Positions 27,012-35,817 of a stretch of DNA of 64,000 bases are shown here, piece by piece (position 1 is the first letter of the stretch; the number at the start of each line of letters is the position of its first letter). The translations under genes were made by a program, and so were the position numbers. The DNA comes from Gemmatimonadota bacterium (GTDB lineage Bacteria; Gemmatimonadota; Gemmatimonadetes; Palauibacterales; Palauibacteraceae). Under the pieces are notes generated by a model, which made no database searches, was not told where the DNA came from, and was given only the letters and a program-made list of their open reading frames with translations. The DNA lies in the NCBI GenBank assembly GCA_039587445.1, contig JBDHIM010000003.1:2239-66238 (forward strand), in the 5' to 3' direction.

Positions 27012-29356
27012 GCACTCCACAGGAGCTCGGGGGTCTGGGCTGCTCGGTGAAGCGTAAGGAGGATGCACGCTTCATCCGTGGACAGGGCCGCTACGTCGAC
27101 GACGTCAAGCTTCCGAACATGGTTTATCTGGAGCTCGTCAGATCGCCTTTCGCTCACGCGCGAATCGGAAGCATCGACACCTCCGCGGCGCTCGAGATCC
27201 CGGGTGTCCTGGCGGTGATCACGGGCGAGGACCTGGCGGCGGCGAACCTCTCCTGGATGCCCACCCTGTCGCACGATCAGCAGATGGTGCTCGCCACGGG
27301 GAAGGTGCTCTTCCAGGGACAGGAGGTGGCGGCAGTTGTCGGCGAGACGCGCTTCGCGGCCGCGGACGGCGCGGCAGCCGTCCGGATCGACTACGAGGAG
27401 CTTCCCGTTCTCGTGGACCCCCACATGGCTTTGGACGCCAGTGCGCCGGTCCTCCGCGAGGATCGCGAGGAAAAGACGAATCACATCTTCCACTGGGAAT
27501 CCGGTGACCGTGAGTCTACCGACCGGATCTTCGAAGAGGCCGAGGTCACGATCGAGCAGGACATGCTCTACCAGCGCTGCCATCCGGCGCCGATCGAGTG
27601 TTGTGCCTGCGTGGCCGATTGGGACGCGACCAACGAGAAGATGACCATCTGGATGACCTCGCAGGCGCCCCATGCGCACCGGACCGTGTTCGCGCTCGTG
27701 GCGGGCCTGCCGGAGCACAAGATCCGCATCATCTCTCCGGACGTGGGGGGAGGCTTCGGCAACAAGGTGCCGGTGTATCCCGGGTACGTTTGTTCGGCCG
27801 TCGCGTCGCTCACGCTCGGGCGGCCGGTCAAGTGGACGGAGGACCGAACCGGCAACCTCTCGAGCACCGGTTTCGCGCGCGATTACCACATGCGGGCGGA
27901 GCTCGCCGCCACCAAGGAAGGGAGGATCCGGGGGCTGCGCGTGAAGACGTTGGCCGATCACGGAGCCTTCAACGCCGCCGCCCAACCCTCGAAGTTCCCG
28001 GCCGGCCTCTACAACATCTGCACCGGGTCGTACGATCTGGAGAACGCGTTCGTGGAAGTGGACGGCGTTTACACGAACAAGGCGCCGGGCGGCATCGCCT
28101 ACCGCTGTTCCTTCAGGGTCACGGAGGCCGCATACCTGATCGAGCGTGCCGTAGACGTGCTGGCCGACGAAATCGGGATGGATGCGGTGGAACTGAGGCG
28201 GAAGAACTTCATCCAGCCCGATCAGTTCCCGTATGAGACGTCGCTCGGCTGGAGCTACGACAGCGGCGACTACGAAGCGGCTCTGGACAAAGCCCTCGAG
28301 ATGATCGGATACGAGAAGCTACTTCAGGAGCAGGAGGAGAAGCGCGCCCGAGGCGAGATCATGGGGATCGGGATCTCGAGCTTCACCGAGATCGTCGGCG
28401 CCGGACCCGGGAAGACCTTCGATATCCTCGGGCTCGAGATGTTCGACTCCTGCGAGGTGAGGATACACCCGACCGGCAAGGTGCTGGCCCGGATCGGCGC
28501 CCAGACGCAGGGCCAGGGGCACGAGACCACCTTCGCGCAGATCCTGGCGGAGGAGCTCGGCATCGCGGTGGATGACATCACCGTCGAACACGGGGACACC
28601 GATACGGCTCCCTACGGGCTCGGCACATACGCCAGCCGTTCCACCCCGGTCGCGGGCGCGGCGACGGCGATCGCGGCAAGGAAGATTCGGGAGAAGGCGA
28701 GGAAGATCGCCGCCCACGTGATGGAGGTCGCCGAAGAGGACTTGGAGTGGAAGGAGTACGAGTTCCGGGTTAAGGGTGCGCCCGATCGCTCGATATCGAT
28801 GGGAGACATCGCCTTTGCGGCATACACGAACACCCCCGAAGGCGTCGAAGCCGGCCTCGAGGCCGTCAACTATTACGATCCCCCGAACTTGACCTTCCCG
28901 TTCGGCACGTACATCTGCGTCGTGGACATCGACAAAGGCACGGGCGAGTGGACGGTCCGACGCTTCGTCGCCGTGGACGACTGCGGCACCGTGATCAACC
29001 CGATGATCGTGGAAGGGCAGATTCACGGCGGCCTGACGGAGGGTTTCGCCATCTCCGCCATGCAGCTGATCGACTTCGACGAGAACGGGAGCATCATCGG
29101 AAGCAATTTCATGGAGTACCTGCTTCCGACAGCCGTCGAGACGCCGAGATGGGAGACGGACCGGACGGTCACTCCCTCTCCGCACCACCCGATCGGTGCG
29201 AAGGGCGTGGGCGAGTCACCGTGCGTGGGCTCGCCGGCGGCGTTCGTGAACGCGGTGGTGGATGCCCTTTCCCCCTACGGCGTTCGGCACATAGACATGC
29301 CCATTACCTCGGACAAGGTGTGGACAGCGCTTCGCGACGCGGGCGTTACGGAGTAG
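27008..29356 (+). CDS. coxL: form I aerobic carbon monoxide dehydrogenase large (Mo-Cu) subunit
   Basis: 782 aa. Carries the form I active-site signature GIAYRCSFR (codons at about 28097-28117). ATGA start/stop overlap with coxS. Confidence 0.9.
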   Translation: MSTPQELGGLGCSVKRKEDARFIRGQGRYVDDVKLPNMVYLELVRSPFAHARIGSIDTSAALEIPGVLAVITGEDLAAANLSWMPTLSHDQQMVLATGKVLFQGQEVAAVVGETRFAAADGAAAVRIDYEELPVLVDPHMALDASAPVLREDREEKTNHIFHWESGDRESTDRIFEEAEVTIEQDMLYQRCHPAPIECCACVADWDATNEKMTIWMTSQAPHAHRTVFALVAGLPEHKIRIISPDVGGGFGNKVPVYPGYVCSAVASLTLGRPVKWTEDRTGNLSSTGFARDYHMRAELAATKEGRIRGLRVKTLADHGAFNAAAQPSKFPAGLYNICTGSYDLENAFVEVDGVYTNKAPGGIAYRCSFRVTEAAYLIERAVDVLADEIGMDAVELRRKNFIQPDQFPYETSLGWSYDSGDYEAALDKALEMIGYEKLLQEQEEKRARGEIMGIGISSFTEIVGAGPGKTFDILGLEMFDSCEVRIHPTGKVLARIGAQTQGQGHETTFAQILAEELGIAVDDITVEHGDTDTAPYGLGTYASRSTPVAGAATAIAARKIREKARKIAAHVMEVAEEDLEWKEYEFRVKGAPDRSISMGDIAFAAYTNTPEGVEAGLEAVNYYDPPNLTFPFGTYICVVDIDKGTGEWTVRRFVAVDDCGTVINPMIVEGQIHGGLTEGFAISAMQLIDFDENGSIIGSNFMEYLLPTAVETPRWETDRTVTPSPHHPIGAKGVGESPCVGSPAAFVNAVVDALSPYGVRHIDMPITSDKVWTALRDAGVTE

Positions 29357-29408
29357 CTCCCTCGCGGCAGGGCCCCGGCAACGAGCCGGGGCTCCGCGGC
29401 CCGGAGGC

Positions 29409-30413
29409 ATGCGCGGCGTGACGGACGAGTCGGCCTACCGGCGGGCTGCCGAGCTCTCGGAGCAGGGGCGAGCCTACGCGATCGCCACCGTCGTAGCGCG
29501 CCGGGCGCCCAGCTCTTCCCGGATCGGCCAAAAGGCGATCATCGAGAGCGACGGTGGCCTCTATGGCTGGCTGGGCGGAAGCTGCATCGAACCCGTGGTC
29601 CGGGTGGAGGCACGGGAGGCGCTGCGCGACGGCCGCCCGCGCCTCATCGTTCTGGCTCCCGACGCACGATCGGATCGGCCCGATGCCGTCGTTTACCCGA
29701 TGACCTGCCATAGCGGGGGTACCGTGGAAATATACCTGGAACCGCAGCTACCGGCCTCGCTCCTGCTACTGTACGGCGATTCTCCAGTCAGCCATGCGCT
29801 GGCCGCGATGGGCGAGCAGGCCGGTTACCGCGTTCGGCTTCTGGACGAGCCGGACTCGAGAGAGAGGCTCGAAGCCGATTTGGGTGATGAGGCAAGGTTG
29901 TACGCGGTGGTGGCGACGCTCGGCGAGTGGGACATGGAAGCCGTCGAGGACGCGCTGCGAGCCGGCAGCCACTACGTGGGCCTGATCGCCAGCCCGCGCC
30001 GCTCGGACGAGATGCGACGCCTCCTGCTCGCCCGGGAGTGGGACGAGGACGAGCTCACGCCGCTGGTGGGCCCGGCGGGTCTCGACATCGGTGCGCGCGA
30101 GCCGGCTGAAATCGCGATCTCGATTCTTGCCGAGCTCATTCAGCGCCGGGCCGAGCACGATCGGAAACGAGAGGGCCGAGTCGCGGCCGCAGCTCAGGTG
30201 AGCCTCTCAGCCGGAAAGATCTCGGACGGTAATAGCCCCGAAGGCTCCGGCGGTCGCCCGCCTACCGTGGCCCTGGACCCGATCTGTGGAATGGAGGTTC
30301 AGATCGACGGAGCGCGCCATACGCTCGAACACAAGAACACGACCTACTACTTCTGCTGCTCCGGGTGCAAGGAGAAGTTCGAACGCGACGTGGCGCTGGC
30401 CGTCGACTCGTAA
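29409..30413 (+). CDS. coxF: XdhC/CoxF-family maturation factor fused to a C-terminal YHS (copper/metal-binding) domain
   Basis: XdhC_CoxI N-domain (YAIATVVARRAPSSSRIGQKAIIESDGGLYGWLGGSCIEP), XdhC Rossmann C-domain, then DPICGMEV ... YYFCCSGCKEKF, which is the YHS motif. Confidence 0.8.
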   Translation: MRGVTDESAYRRAAELSEQGRAYAIATVVARRAPSSSRIGQKAIIESDGGLYGWLGGSCIEPVVRVEAREALRDGRPRLIVLAPDARSDRPDAVVYPMTCHSGGTVEIYLEPQLPASLLLLYGDSPVSHALAAMGEQAGYRVRLLDEPDSRERLEADLGDEARLYAVVATLGEWDMEAVEDALRAGSHYVGLIASPRRSDEMRRLLLAREWDEDELTPLVGPAGLDIGAREPAEIAISILAELIQRRAEHDRKREGRVAAAAQVSLSAGKISDGNSPEGSGGRPPTVALDPICGMEVQIDGARHTLEHKNTTYYFCCSGCKEKFERDVALAVDS

Positions 30414-30427
30414 CCTGCCGGACTCCG

Positions 30428-30982
30428 TCAGTCCGTGATCGGCGTCAGGTCGGTGGCGAGAAAGCCGAGCTCCTCATCGACCGCGTTCTCCACGAAGTCC
30501 GCGAAAAGCTCCCTCGGGTAGCCCAGCTCCCCGTCATACTCGACCATAACGGAAAACGGCTTCCGTGCCAGCGACGCGTCCACGTCCGCGAAGAGGTCCG
30601 GTATGGTCGGATACTCAGCCAGATCGTACGACTCCGGTGGTCCGCCATCGGCGAAGCTCACCGCGACGACCGCTCCGGCCCGGACCGCGATGTGGACCGG
30701 CCGGACTCCCGGGCCCCCGCAGAAGCAGTTGAGCCGATAGTCGAACTCGTAGGCGTCGATGGCCGCCGCGTTCCACTTCCGCAGGTTCTCCTCGAACGCG
30801 TCGGTCTCGGTAGCCAGGGGGTTCGAGCAGCCCGGCGGAAGCGATGCCGCAAGCAGGATCGCGAGATGGAAGAGACCGGCGGAACGGGCTCGGAAAAGCC
30901 CTCTGGCCCCTGATGAGGCAGGTACCCGCTCCACCGGTCCCGAAATCCGGGGGCTAGCCTCGGCGACGCCGCGTGTTCTCAT
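30428..30982 (-). CDS. hypothetical lipoprotein with a CFCGG Cys pair, embedded antisense within the cox cluster
   Basis: Signal plus lipobox (LPPGCS). No recognisable family. Confidence 0.45.
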   Translation of the reverse strand: MRTRGVAEASPRISGPVERVPASSGARGLFRARSAGLFHLAILLAASLPPGCSNPLATETDAFEENLRKWNAAAIDAYEFDYRLNCFCGGPGVRPVHIAVRAGAVVAVSFADGGPPESYDLAEYPTIPDLFADVDASLARKPFSVMVEYDGELGYPRELFADFVENAVDEELGFLATDLTPITD

Positions 30983-31158
30983 ATGTGCTTCCTCCCGTGG
31001 CCGAGCGGCGAGACACCGCGGGCTCCACCGGCACGACCGCCGGCACTCTAGAAACGCTGGAGCCGGCGAATCCCTGACGATCCGGGCGACGGGACGCGCG
31101 TCGTGGACCTCCGCGTGAGCAGGATGGTAGAGGGTACAACTGAACCCGGAGGCCGAGC

Positions 31159-32055
31159 TTGAGGGACGAAATCCGTAGCATCGCCGATGAGATGGAGCGC
31201 CGGGGGTACGTGGCGGACCGCGCCATCGCCACGGCTGTCCACCTCGCGCGGGCGCTCGGAAAGCCTCTCCTGGTCGAGGGCGAGGCCGGCGTCGGCAAGA
31301 CCGAGATCGCCAAGGTGCTGGCCGAGATCCTGGGAGCCGAGCTCATCCGGCTGCAGTGCTACGAGGGGCTTGATGTGCACACGGCGCTATACGAGTGGAA
31401 CTACCAGCGCCAGCTTCTGCGAATCCGGGTCGAGGAGAGCGGCGGCACGAGCCCGGAAGAGCTGGAGGCGACGATCTTCGCACGAGACTATCTCCTGGAG
31501 CGTCCGCTTCTCCGAGCCATCACACGACCCTCACCGCCCGTACTTTTGATCGACGAGATCGACCGGGCCGACGAGGAGTTCGAGGCGTTTCTGCTGGAGC
31601 TGCTGTCGGACTTTCAGATATCCATCCCCGAGCTCGGCACGATTGAAGCGACCACGAGGCCTCACGTCGTTCTGACCTCGAACAGCACCCGGGAGCTCAG
31701 CGATGCGCTGCGCCGCCGGTGCCTATATCTCTGGATCGACCACCCATCGTTCGAGAAGGAGCTCCGGATCCTGCGCGCCCGCCGCGGGCGCCTGCCTACC
31801 GGCGTGGCCGAGGAGATCGTCCGCTTCGTCCAGCGGCTGCGCGAGGGCCGGCTGTACAAAACGCCGGGGGTCGCAGAAACGCTGGACTGGGCGGAGGCAC
31901 TCGACTCTCTCGGGGTTCAGAGCCTGGATGAGGACGTAGTGCGAGCGACCCTGGGGTGCCTGCTGAAGGACCGGCATGACATCGCCGCCCTCGTTGCCAA
32001 CGGGCTTGGGGACATCCTGGAGGGCGCGCCCGCCGCTTCGTCGGACCCTTCGTGA
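31159..32055 (+). CDS. coxD: MoxR-like AAA+ ATPase CoxD
   Basis: Walker A GEAGVGKT, Walker B LLIDEIDRAD. Sits in the CODH cluster. Confidence 0.85.
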   Translation: MRDEIRSIADEMERRGYVADRAIATAVHLARALGKPLLVEGEAGVGKTEIAKVLAEILGAELIRLQCYEGLDVHTALYEWNYQRQLLRIRVEESGGTSPEELEATIFARDYLLERPLLRAITRPSPPVLLIDEIDRADEEFEAFLLELLSDFQISIPELGTIEATTRPHVVLTSNSTRELSDALRRRCLYLWIDHPSFEKELRILRARRGRLPTGVAEEIVRFVQRLREGRLYKTPGVAETLDWAEALDSLGVQSLDEDVVRATLGCLLKDRHDIAALVANGLGDILEGAPAASSDPS

Positions 32056-33212
32056 CCGCGGATCCCATGGAGCGGCCTGTCGAGTGGACGGCGCGCCTGG
32101 GTCGGGCGCTCCGGGAAGAGGGGGTGCCCTGCTCGGTCTTGGAGTCCCTGACCGCCTGCGAGGCGCTCGAGCAGCTCGACGCCTCCGACGGGCTCGACGT
32201 GTACTTCGGGCTCGAAGCGGCCTTTACTTCATCGCCTGACCACAAAGCCGCCTACGAGCGCTGCTTCTGGGCGCTCTGGGGGGGAAGTCAACCCGGGGAG
32301 CCAGCTTCCGCGGACGGGAGGGCCTCGGAGCGTGGCGAGCGAGGGGCCGCCGGAGGCGGAGCGGCAGGCACGACCGTCCTCGAGCGTCTTCATCGAGCCG
32401 GCGCTGCGGAAGATGGCCGAGCCCGGCATTCCACAGCCGTGGAGGAGGCTTCCTACAGCCCCGACGAACGCCTCTCCCATCGCTCGTTCGAACGGATGGA
32501 CGAGCGCGACCTGCGCCGCGTGGACCGAATCTTCGACCGGATCCTGCTCCGGCTCGCCACTCGCAAGAGCCGCCGTTACCGTCCGCACCGCCGCAAAGGG
32601 CGGCTCGATCTTCGCCGCAGCTTCCGAGACGCCGTCGTACACGACGGCGAGCTCCTTCGGCTGGCCAGGCGGCGGCGAAGGCTGGAGCGGCCGCGCGTCG
32701 TCCTCCTATGCGACGTCAGCGGCTCGATGGAGCGATACAGTCGCTTCCTGCTTCGTTTTCTACTCGCGGCAGGACGCGACCGGGATGTCGAGAGCTTCGT
32801 GTTCTCCACGCGCCTGACCCGACTGACGCCCTGGCTCTCGGCTTCGCATGTGGATCACGCGCTCGATTCGCTCGGAACCCGCGTGCACGATTGGTCGGGC
32901 GGGACGCGAATCGGAGAGTGCCTGGACGAGTTCGTACGAGAACACGGACGATCCCTGCTGGGCCAGCGGACCGTCATGGTGATCCTCAGTGACGGCCTGG
33001 ACCGCGGAGATGTGAAACTTCTGGAGCGAGCCATGCGCGCCATGCACCGCAAAGCCAGGAAGGTGATCTGGCTGAATCCGCTACTATCAAGCTCCCAGTA
33101 CGAGCCCGCGGCGAGGGGGATGCGGGCCGCTCTTCCCCACATCGATATCTTCGCGCCCGGGCACAACCTCGAGAGCCTCTTGGAGCTCGAGCGACACCTG
33201 ACGCTGGCTTGA
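32052..33212 (+). CDS. coxE: VWA domain-containing protein CoxE
   Basis: VWA MIDAS region (VVLLCDVSGSM ... ILSDGLDRGD). Start overlaps the coxD stop. Confidence 0.8.
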   Translation: MTADPMERPVEWTARLGRALREEGVPCSVLESLTACEALEQLDASDGLDVYFGLEAAFTSSPDHKAAYERCFWALWGGSQPGEPASADGRASERGERGAAGGGAAGTTVLERLHRAGAAEDGRARHSTAVEEASYSPDERLSHRSFERMDERDLRRVDRIFDRILLRLATRKSRRYRPHRRKGRLDLRRSFRDAVVHDGELLRLARRRRRLERPRVVLLCDVSGSMERYSRFLLRFLLAAGRDRDVESFVFSTRLTRLTPWLSASHVDHALDSLGTRVHDWSGGTRIGECLDEFVREHGRSLLGQRTVMVILSDGLDRGDVKLLERAMRAMHRKARKVIWLNPLLSSSQYEPAARGMRAALPHIDIFAPGHNLESLLELERHLTLA

Positions 33213-33233
33213 ACCCTCTAGCTTGATGCGAAC

Positions 33234-34700
33234 ATGAGACCCAAGAGCCTCTCTCTCGCCGGAGCCGTGGCGCTTTCCTTGATCGTCGGTGCCGTGATCC
33301 CCGCAACCGCTCAGCCTACCCCCGGACTGCTCGAGACCGTCGACAGCGTCTTCGTCTCTCAGGCTGGTGACACGGTCGCCGCCCAGTACGGCTTCCTTTG
33401 GGTGCAGGAGAATCGGGCGAAGCAGAACGACCGCATGATCCGTCTCGGCTTCGTCCGCTTCCCCAGCACGTCGCCCGACCCCGGACCGCCGATCATCTAT
33501 CTGGCCGGCGGGCCTGGGGGTTCCGGCATCGACGCGGCGCGGGGATCCCGTTTCCCGCTCTTCATGGCGCTTCGCGAAGCTGGGGACGTCATCGCACTCG
33601 CCCAACGCGGCACACGCGGATCGATCCCCTATCTGACCTGTCAGGATCCGTGGGTCTATCCGCTCGAGCAGGCGCTCACGCGAGAGACCTTCCTGCAGAC
33701 GATGCTGGAGTGGGCACGAATATGCGCCGACTACTGGCGCGGGTTGGGTATCGACCTCGCCGCCTACCACACGAACGAGAACGCGGACGATGTGGAGGCT
33801 CTTCGGCAGGCGCTGGGAGCGGAGCAGGTGAGCCTACTGGGCATCAGCTACGGCACCCACCTCGCGCTCTCGGTGATCAGGAGGCACCCGGCCGGCGTGT
33901 ATCGTGCCGTGCTCGCCGGCGTCGAGGGACCCGATCAGACCCTCAAGCTCCCAAGCAGCACCCAGAAGTTGCTGGTACGCTTGGACAGCCTCGTGCGGGC
34001 CGACACGCTCGCCAGCGCTCGATATCCCGACTTTCTCGGCTCGGTCAGCGCCGTGCTTGACAGTCTCGAGCGCAGCGCCGTTACGGTAGAGGGTCAGCAT
34101 CCATCCACGGGCCAGCCGATCCCGTTGACGATCGGGAAGTTCGACATCCAGTGGCTTACCGCCGGCTCGATCGGCAACCGCCAGATTCTCAGTCAGCTTC
34201 CCTCGCTCTACGAACGGCTGGCGGCGGGCGACTACGCTTCGATCGCCCCGTTCGTCGCCAGCAGCCGGTCACGGAGCATGCTGGCGATGACCTTCGCCAT
34301 GGACTGTGCGTCTGGCGCGCCGGCCGAGCGGCTGGACCGGATCCTGAGAGAAGCCGAGGAGACCCTGCTCGGAGATGCGGTGGACTTCCCCCAGCCCTAC
34401 ATCTGCGACGCGTGGCCTCATGCAGCTCCCGACGAAGCCTACTGGGCGCCCGTCCGGTCGGGCATCCCCGTGCAGTTCATCAGCGGAACTCTGGATGGGC
34501 GCACGCCAGTCTCGAATGCGGATGAGGTACGACAGGGCTTTCGGAACAGCGGACATCTCGTCTTGGAGGGCGCCGGACACAGCGACGATCTGCTCCTGGG
34601 CTCACGGCGCATTCCGGAGATCATCCTGAGCTTCCTTCGCGGCGGTCCGGCGGTCGACGAGGTTGCCGACGTGCCGTTTCGGATCTTCGTGCCCGAGTAG
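33234..34700 (+). CDS. secreted alpha/beta hydrolase (peptidase S33 / tripeptidyl-aminopeptidase-like)
   Basis: Signal peptide. GGPGGSG oxyanion region and GISYGT nucleophile elbow (GxSxG). Confidence 0.75.
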   Translation: MRPKSLSLAGAVALSLIVGAVIPATAQPTPGLLETVDSVFVSQAGDTVAAQYGFLWVQENRAKQNDRMIRLGFVRFPSTSPDPGPPIIYLAGGPGGSGIDAARGSRFPLFMALREAGDVIALAQRGTRGSIPYLTCQDPWVYPLEQALTRETFLQTMLEWARICADYWRGLGIDLAAYHTNENADDVEALRQALGAEQVSLLGISYGTHLALSVIRRHPAGVYRAVLAGVEGPDQTLKLPSSTQKLLVRLDSLVRADTLASARYPDFLGSVSAVLDSLERSAVTVEGQHPSTGQPIPLTIGKFDIQWLTAGSIGNRQILSQLPSLYERLAAGDYASIAPFVASSRSRSMLAMTFAMDCASGAPAERLDRILREAEETLLGDAVDFPQPYICDAWPHAAPDEAYWAPVRSGIPVQFISGTLDGRTPVSNADEVRQGFRNSGHLVLEGAGHSDDLLLGSRRIPEIILSFLRGGPAVDEVADVPFRIFVPE

Positions 34701-34703
34701 GCA

Positions 34704-35087
34704 TCAACCCTTCGGCCAGGACACCGTGCCCAGGTGCGTGTGAGCGAAGCCCTCGGGTAGCTTGAGGCCGAGACCCAGCGCCCGATCCAGTCCGATATGT
34801 GCCGCCCAGATAAGCGAGAGGGAAACGAGAAGCGGCTGAAAGGCGAGCGCGCCGACGCCCGCCAGCACCATCGGAGCGACATAGGTGTGAACGGCGTTGT
34901 ATAGCCGTGCGCCCAGACGCTGCCCACCCAGGTAGCCGAGTAGCGAAAGATCGGGAACCAGGAAGAGGAGAATCCAGAGCCACCAGCCCTGGCCCCGGAG
35001 TCCGTAGACATGGGCGGTCAGCAGAAGCACACCCAGGCCTTCGATTCTCAGTAGATTCCTCACGGCGCCATCCGAGACGTTGGTCAC
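34704..35087 (-). CDS. DUF4260 domain-containing membrane protein
   Basis: About 4 TM helices over 127 aa. N-terminus AVRNLLRIEGLGVLLLTAHVY resembles DUF4260. Confidence 0.55.
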   Translation of the reverse strand: MTNVSDGAVRNLLRIEGLGVLLLTAHVYGLRGQGWWLWILLFLVPDLSLLGYLGGQRLGARLYNAVHTYVAPMVLAGVGALAFQPLLVSLSLIWAAHIGLDRALGLGLKLPEGFAHTHLGTVSWPKG

Positions 35088-35157
35088 GCAGTTCCTCCGC
35101 TGTCAGCTCGTGAGCGTTCCCCGGCCGAGATACTCTCGGGCGCTGGCTTGAGGCCCG

Positions 35158-35652
35158 TCAGCTCTGCCGGAGAAGCGAGTGAATGCGGCGGAAGATCGCC
35201 TCCGACGCATCACCGCCGACCTCGAGATTCGACATGATCCGCCTCGTCGTAAAGACGCGAACCACGGTGCGTGGGCCCTCTCGGCTGGACTGCTCCGGCC
35301 ATTCGACCTCTACCCGGAGAATCGTGCCCGCGTCGAAAGGAGTCGGGAACTTGTCCGCGTGGATCACGTGCTGACCTCCATCAACGACGCTGTAATCGCC
35401 GCGAATGTCGTAACCTTCCTGCAGCACGGCGGACCTGGTGGCCAGCAAGACCTGATCGAACTCGCCCGAGAAGACGAAGTATCGCCCCTTCTCATCCGAC
35501 GGAGCTTCGCCGGATGCGACGGTGCCGGGCTCGGCCTCCTGTTGACTACCCCCGCTCGCGCAGCCGGAGAGGCCGATCGCTCCTAGCATGATGATGGGGA
35601 GGGCGCGCAGCCTCGCGTTCCTGATCTTCTTGTCGTAGTCGTGGTTGTGCAT
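35158..35652 (-). CDS. hypothetical lipoprotein
   Basis: Signal plus lipobox (LSGCAS). No family recognised. Confidence 0.5.
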   Translation of the reverse strand: MHNHDYDKKIRNARLRALPIIMLGAIGLSGCASGGSQQEAEPGTVASGEAPSDEKGRYFVFSGEFDQVLLATRSAVLQEGYDIRGDYSVVDGGQHVIHADKFPTPFDAGTILRVEVEWPEQSSREGPRTVVRVFTTRRIMSNLEVGGDASEAIFRRIHSLLRQS

Positions 35653-35817
35653 CCGATCTCGCTTGGTACGGCGACGCGCGGGTTATCTTGGGGCTCACTA
35701 CCCGCGAGGCGGGTCACAGATCGTCGTGACTTGTGGAGTGGGCAGGATTGGGTCGGCTGGGTGGCGGACCGCCTCCGGGCGCTCGCCCGACTCGATCGGA
35801 GGCCCGGCTCAGTCAGC

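Noticed and set aside
25968-27985. Minus-strand ORFs 25968-27068 and 26897-27985
   Set aside because: Antisense to coxM, coxS and coxL, whose motifs are unambiguous.
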